From Phoronis australis (taxonomy: Eukaryota; Animalia; Phoronida), in NCBI GenBank assembly GCA_002633005.1, contig NMRA01000241.1:1-53573 (forward strand): a stretch of DNA of 53,573 nt, given 5' to 3'. How positions within the stretch are numbered: the first letter of the stretch is position 1; each line of letters opens with the position of its first letter. Shown one piece after another: positions 49,901 through 53,573 of this stretch. The position numbers and the translations under genes were made by a program. The notes beneath the pieces are model-generated. The model did no database searches. It saw nothing but the letters and a program-made list of their open reading frames with translations, and was not told the DNA's origin.

Positions 49901-51640
49901 GACACCAAGGGATGTTTGAAGATGCCATTTATGCAAAAAACCTTCTGTTGCAATTTTTTTCTAGGTTGGGCCCTCTGGAGCCCTAGAATGACTGGACTAT
50001 GACGGTGTATTCGGTATGTTGTCTCGAGTGTTCACTTATAGGCCTTATGTAGCGGTTACTTAACACCAGGGCGTTGTAGCTCTAGAGTCTGTGAACTTGC
50101 CCGAAAACTTACGTTTGCGGTTGCTTCAATGTCTTTGTGTCATACACAGCAATTAATACGCAAATTCTTGAAATTAAGTTGTCCGTGTATCCAGAGATAT
50201 TTGAAATATTTGTGGACTAGCACCGTCACTCGGCAGACATGCATGCACTTCAGCGCCACCAAGCCATATTCAAGCACTTTTACTATGAAGTGAATACATG
50301 TATAAAAACGAGTCCAATTTAGTAAAAATGTACGAAAGAAGACTGAGAAGCGTACATTCAATCCACCATAGGATCATGAAAACTGTCACCTTCACCAGTA
50401 TTGCTAGAGAATGCGAATACTAGCAACTGATTAATGATAAGTCATCCAGTGACTTGATATCAGATTAAAAATGTCTTGTTACAGGTAACAATTGACTTCA
50501 AAGACGGATATTGGACAGAAGAACATATACGACCTGATGAGAAAGTGGTGGTTATCGTAAAGGATGTGAAAGGCAAAACCTATGACCAGGTAATGAAAAG
50601 TTGACACTAGATTTTAAAAAAGTTCATACACTTTCCAATGGCATCAATGTGACATGGGTGGCGCAGCACTGAATAATATGTGCCCCCTATATGGTGTGCC
50701 GCCCATGTCAATTGGTGATGCAACACTGAAAAAATGGGGGCTATAGCTCCCATCCCCCTATGGTGCGCCGCCCATGTGTGAAAGTAAGAGTACTTAGCAT
50801 GTTTAACAATGCCGAATCATCTTCAAAGATGTTTCGGTGTAATAGTTTTCACCCTTATTTTCATGGATACAATTTGACGTTTCTCAATTGTGAACCAAGT
50901 GCGTCATTGATGCCTTTGAAATATGATGACGTTGTGATGCTGTTTCCAATTTTATCTGACATGAATGTTCAAGAAATCTCAAAAACGCTGTAACTGTTAC
51001 TGTTTCCTAAATTATCATGTCGTTTTCGTTCTATGCAATTTATGAATATTTCCATAAAAATCGTAAAACCCTAATTTTGTTGCTTCTCGTGCAAAAGTGG
51101 AAATTTCAAAGCAATCCAATCACCGTTATGAAGACCCGTGATTAAAGCACAGTTTGCGAAAGTATCATGTGAATATGGCCAGTCATTTCGAGATATGATG
51201 TTCCCAATTTTGCCAAATTTGGACATTTTTCTAGGATCTTACATAACCTTAATTAGTTTAAATCACGATTCCCATATTCAGGTTGTATGTAGGAATGAGT
51301 ACATTTTTAATTTATTTTCAAAATGCGCGTGTTAATCTACATAATTCCGGGATTTTGCTAACCGTAAGAATGTTCCCTCAAACTTTGGTTGCAAGTTGAA
51401 CATGTCTAACACAAGTTGTCAAAACTGGCATAAGTAGAAAAGCAAAAATAAATAGTAAGTAGCAATGCTACGTAATTGTCTCGTAAAAGGATATGAGAAA
51501 CGAAAACAAATACTGAATGCTAATGAAACGAATAAGTACAAGTTTTTTGATTTTGTGTATTTTAGAAAACAGTCGTGAAGGGTACTGATGGCGCACCTCT
51601 TGCCTCTGGATCAGCGACGTATAGAAAGAAGGATCTCTAA
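45414..51640 (+). CDS. Fatty acid-binding protein / intracellular lipid-binding protein family gene, 4 coding exons, 140 aa: join(45414-45483,46658-46830,50485-50589,51566-51640)
   Basis: All introns are GT-AG with phases 1,0,0, and exon 2 is 173 nt, as in canonical FABP genes. The spliced ORF is intact: MDCIIGTWQCVNVENEAKVANAMGIPEQLQSMIMNSPRPELTYERDGEKWTCITGCIGGPQSITYKLGEQFEQMGATGNVQVTIDFKDGYWTEEHIRPDEKVVVIVKDVKGKTYDQKTVVKGTDGAPLASGSATYRKKDL. It carries the GxW, ENxxxxxxAMG and KLGExFE motifs. Confidence 0.88.
46658..46830 (+). CDS. FABP-like coding exon 2
   Basis: Acceptor TTCCTGCAG, 173 nt, donor GTAACG; encodes ERDGEKWT and YKLGEQFEQ. Confidence 0.9.
46905..46953. repeat. (AT)n microsatellite
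   Basis: Direct reading. Confidence 0.95.
47327..49999 (-). mobile_element. Internally deleted Academ DNA transposon in FABP intron 2
   Basis: TAGTCCAGTCATTCTA...TAGAATGACTGGACTA termini with ~150-bp imperfect TIRs and CAAGATGGCGG subterminal repeats. Minus-strand remnants at ~48410-48860: DWELHLKAVSEMLPYFAAAGHNSYAKS, LYWGW...APENLLKVV and CSSKRCTCKR...CGECRG..CSN. Confidence 0.88.
50485..50589 (+). CDS. FABP-like coding exon 3
   Basis: Acceptor CTTGTTACAG, 105 nt, phase 0/0, donor GTAATG. Confidence 0.85.
50653..50776. mobile_element. Small MITE remnant (CATGGGCGGCGCAC-type ends)
   Basis: CATGGGTGGCGCA at 50653, with inverse copies ending at 50707 and 50776. Confidence 0.5.
51566..51640 (+). 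CDS. FABP-like coding exon 4
   Basis: Acceptor TTTTGTGTATTTTAG; encodes KTVVKG...SATYRKKDL then TAA. Confidence 0.8.
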   Translation, partial: KTVVKGTDGAPLASGSATYRKKDL

Positions 51641-52246
51641 GCAACGCTTAGGATATCATTGTCTCCCATATTTACCGAAATTTAATATCCATGAAATGTC
51701 AGCGGAAACAAAAATAGTAACTATTCCACATTTTCTTAAGACCATCAATGATCTGATGTGTACTATATTTAAGCAGTGAGTACATAAAGATTAGAAAAAT
51801 ATAAACGCTATATGACATTTGTAGTCCTTATTGTTATCAGCATTCCTCGTTCTACCGTTTTGGTTTGAGAAATCCAGTCATCTTTGTACAAATTTAACGT
51901 ATTACTTGACACTTTCTAGTCCTGGACTTAAGAAAAGTTCCTAGAAAGAGCATTAAAGACAGCGTCCACCGGCTAAAACACTTTTTGACACTAGAAATGT
52001 ATGTATTATTCATAAAAATATTGTTTTTGCTTCTTACATAGCACGGAAAGTAATTAATTACAACGCAAATTACACCGCTCATAATTCGTAGCCCCTTCAA
52101 GCGCAGAAAAAATCTCAACCAATCAGCGTAAAGTGGTTCATAAGACATCATCGTGGCCACGAAATTACTGGGATGCCACACTGCGTAACAGCTTATTGCT
52201 ATTTCTTTTCTATTGCTATTGAGTACTTGTCGATCTCTGGGCTAAA

Positions 52247-52420
52247 ATGCCTCTTTGCGTGATGTGCGGGTGTAGAAATGTCAGCGACAATGGGATACAT
52301 TTGCACAACTTCCCCACCGATCACGTCGTGTGCCGTGCGTGGAATAGATTAGTATCCACGACAAGGACTGGCGACAAACTTTCCCGATCGGCAAGATCTG
52401 TTTTAGGCCTGGTGCAAAGC
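52247..52420 (+). pseudogene. THAP zinc-finger remnant
   Basis: MPLCVMCGCRN...IHLHNFPTD..VCRAWNRLV. A candidate TTAA|AG element start lies near 51953. Confidence 0.75.
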
Positions 52421-52563
52421 TGTATACAAAATCTCCAGCTTCGCGTCGATGTGGGTCAAAACCACTAAATAAAATCTGACTCAGAAATAGTGTCATTAAA
52501 AGCTGCACCGCTCTTTGAGTAAACCAAATTATTTACCGGTGTTGGAAGAATTATCATTCTACC

Positions 52564-52589
52564 CATAGACATCTTAATTGATGTCTATG
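52564..52589. mobile_element. 26-bp palindromic micro-insertion with an 8-bp TSD-like flank
   Basis: CATAGACATC-TTAATT-GATGTCTATG, flanked by ATTCTACC and GTTCTACC. Confidence 0.65.
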
Positions 52590-53185
52590 GTTCTACCGCT
52601 CATCTACTGATAAAATTGAAGTGCACTCTTGTGTGTCGGCGTTTTGCGATTATGTCACCTGACCTGAACAGTTTCGTTTCGTCTCCGGTTTATTCTTCTA
52701 TCAACTGTTCTTTGCTGCCACGAGGTTGCGTATTGTCACAACAAATTGTCGGAACCGATTTCATTTACAAGTTATTAGCATTTTTAAGACCAGCAAACCT
52801 AATTTAGAACAAACTTTACTGGTTTTACAATGTATTAATCGTGTTAAATGCATATATATGAACTGGCCTCATTGAGATGCACAGCAAATAAACTAACTAT
52901 AACACATTAAAGTTTTGAATTTATAAAGAGCAGTAACAGACTCCTTAAAGTGTACACAACATTACTCTAGTACCTCAAAATAAATTTTATATTTATTATA
53001 TCTTACTTGATTTCAGTGCCTTTAGTGCACAGCTCATAAACACGTAAAAATTAAAAAAAAATAATAATTATGTACAACGTCATGGGTTGAACCCTAGTCG
53101 TTCGACATACTGTTCGGATCAGAGACAATTATGAGTGAAGTGAAAGCAAAGTACATTTAGCGCCGAGAAGGTTCGTAGAGGGATC

Positions 53186-53376
53186 AAAAGATGTGTTTCC
53201 GGAGGCTGCAGCAACAGCAGCCAGGCGGAGAACGTCTCGGTGTTCCGAAGGACACCAAAGTTGCGCAGAAGTGGCATCGTTTCGTGCGCCGAACGAGAGT
53301 GTGGGACCTCATCGTGGACCAAGCGATTCTGTCCGGGGCCACTCTGTGTTCTCCCCACTTTGAGGACTGGTGTTTC
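53186..53376 (+). pseudogene. THAP zinc-finger remnant, probably in a Kolobok-like element starting TTAA|AGTGTACAC at 52945
   Basis: KRCVSGGCSN, then after a frameshift VPKDTKVAQKWHRFVRRTR...LCSPHFEDWCF. Confidence 0.8.
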
Positions 53377-53573
53377 GACTCCAGTCACAGGAGTTGTTAC
53401 GATGAAGACCTGGTTCAATAAAGGACAATATTTATCATTCAGAAACATCGGCTCTTAATTCAGGATCGTCTGTTGGATGACTGGGTTGACTCGCCGAGCC
53501 CGAGGCCGCTTCTCTCGCGGGAGGATCCAGTTCGTAAGGCTCAAAGTAGAAAAGTACGCAGCCGGAAGCACAT

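Overview
AT-rich eukaryotic genomic DNA, probably from a marine invertebrate (inferred from the transposon repertoire), mostly repeats. Positions ~1.4-26.3 kb are an old tandem array of ~9-10 diverged ~2-kb units, and almost every unit carries a different inserted element. One of these is a full-length 4.1-kb LINE with a 13-bp TSD, an N-terminal virus-like 2A motif (GDIEVNPGP), an APE endonuclease, RT and a CCHC finger. At 28-29.4 kb is a decayed hAT transposase, and at 31.7-34.1 kb a non-autonomous TIR element. At 36.8-45.0 kb is an 8.2-kb TTAA-flanked structure whose ~1.3-kb inverted arms each encode a THAP remnant. It encloses a Kolobok-type DDE transposase convergent with a frameshifted His-Me finger (I-PpoI-like) endonuclease that the ORF track misses. 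This is a KolobokP-like gene pair, but without the long direct repeats expected of KolobokP. The only intact host gene found is a 4-exon, 140-aa divergent fatty-acid-binding-protein (iLBP) family gene (45414-51640, +), with an internally deleted Academ transposon in intron 2. Further THAP/Kolobok remnants lie at the right end. All calls come from manual translation and motif recall; no searches were run, and identities are by-eye estimates.
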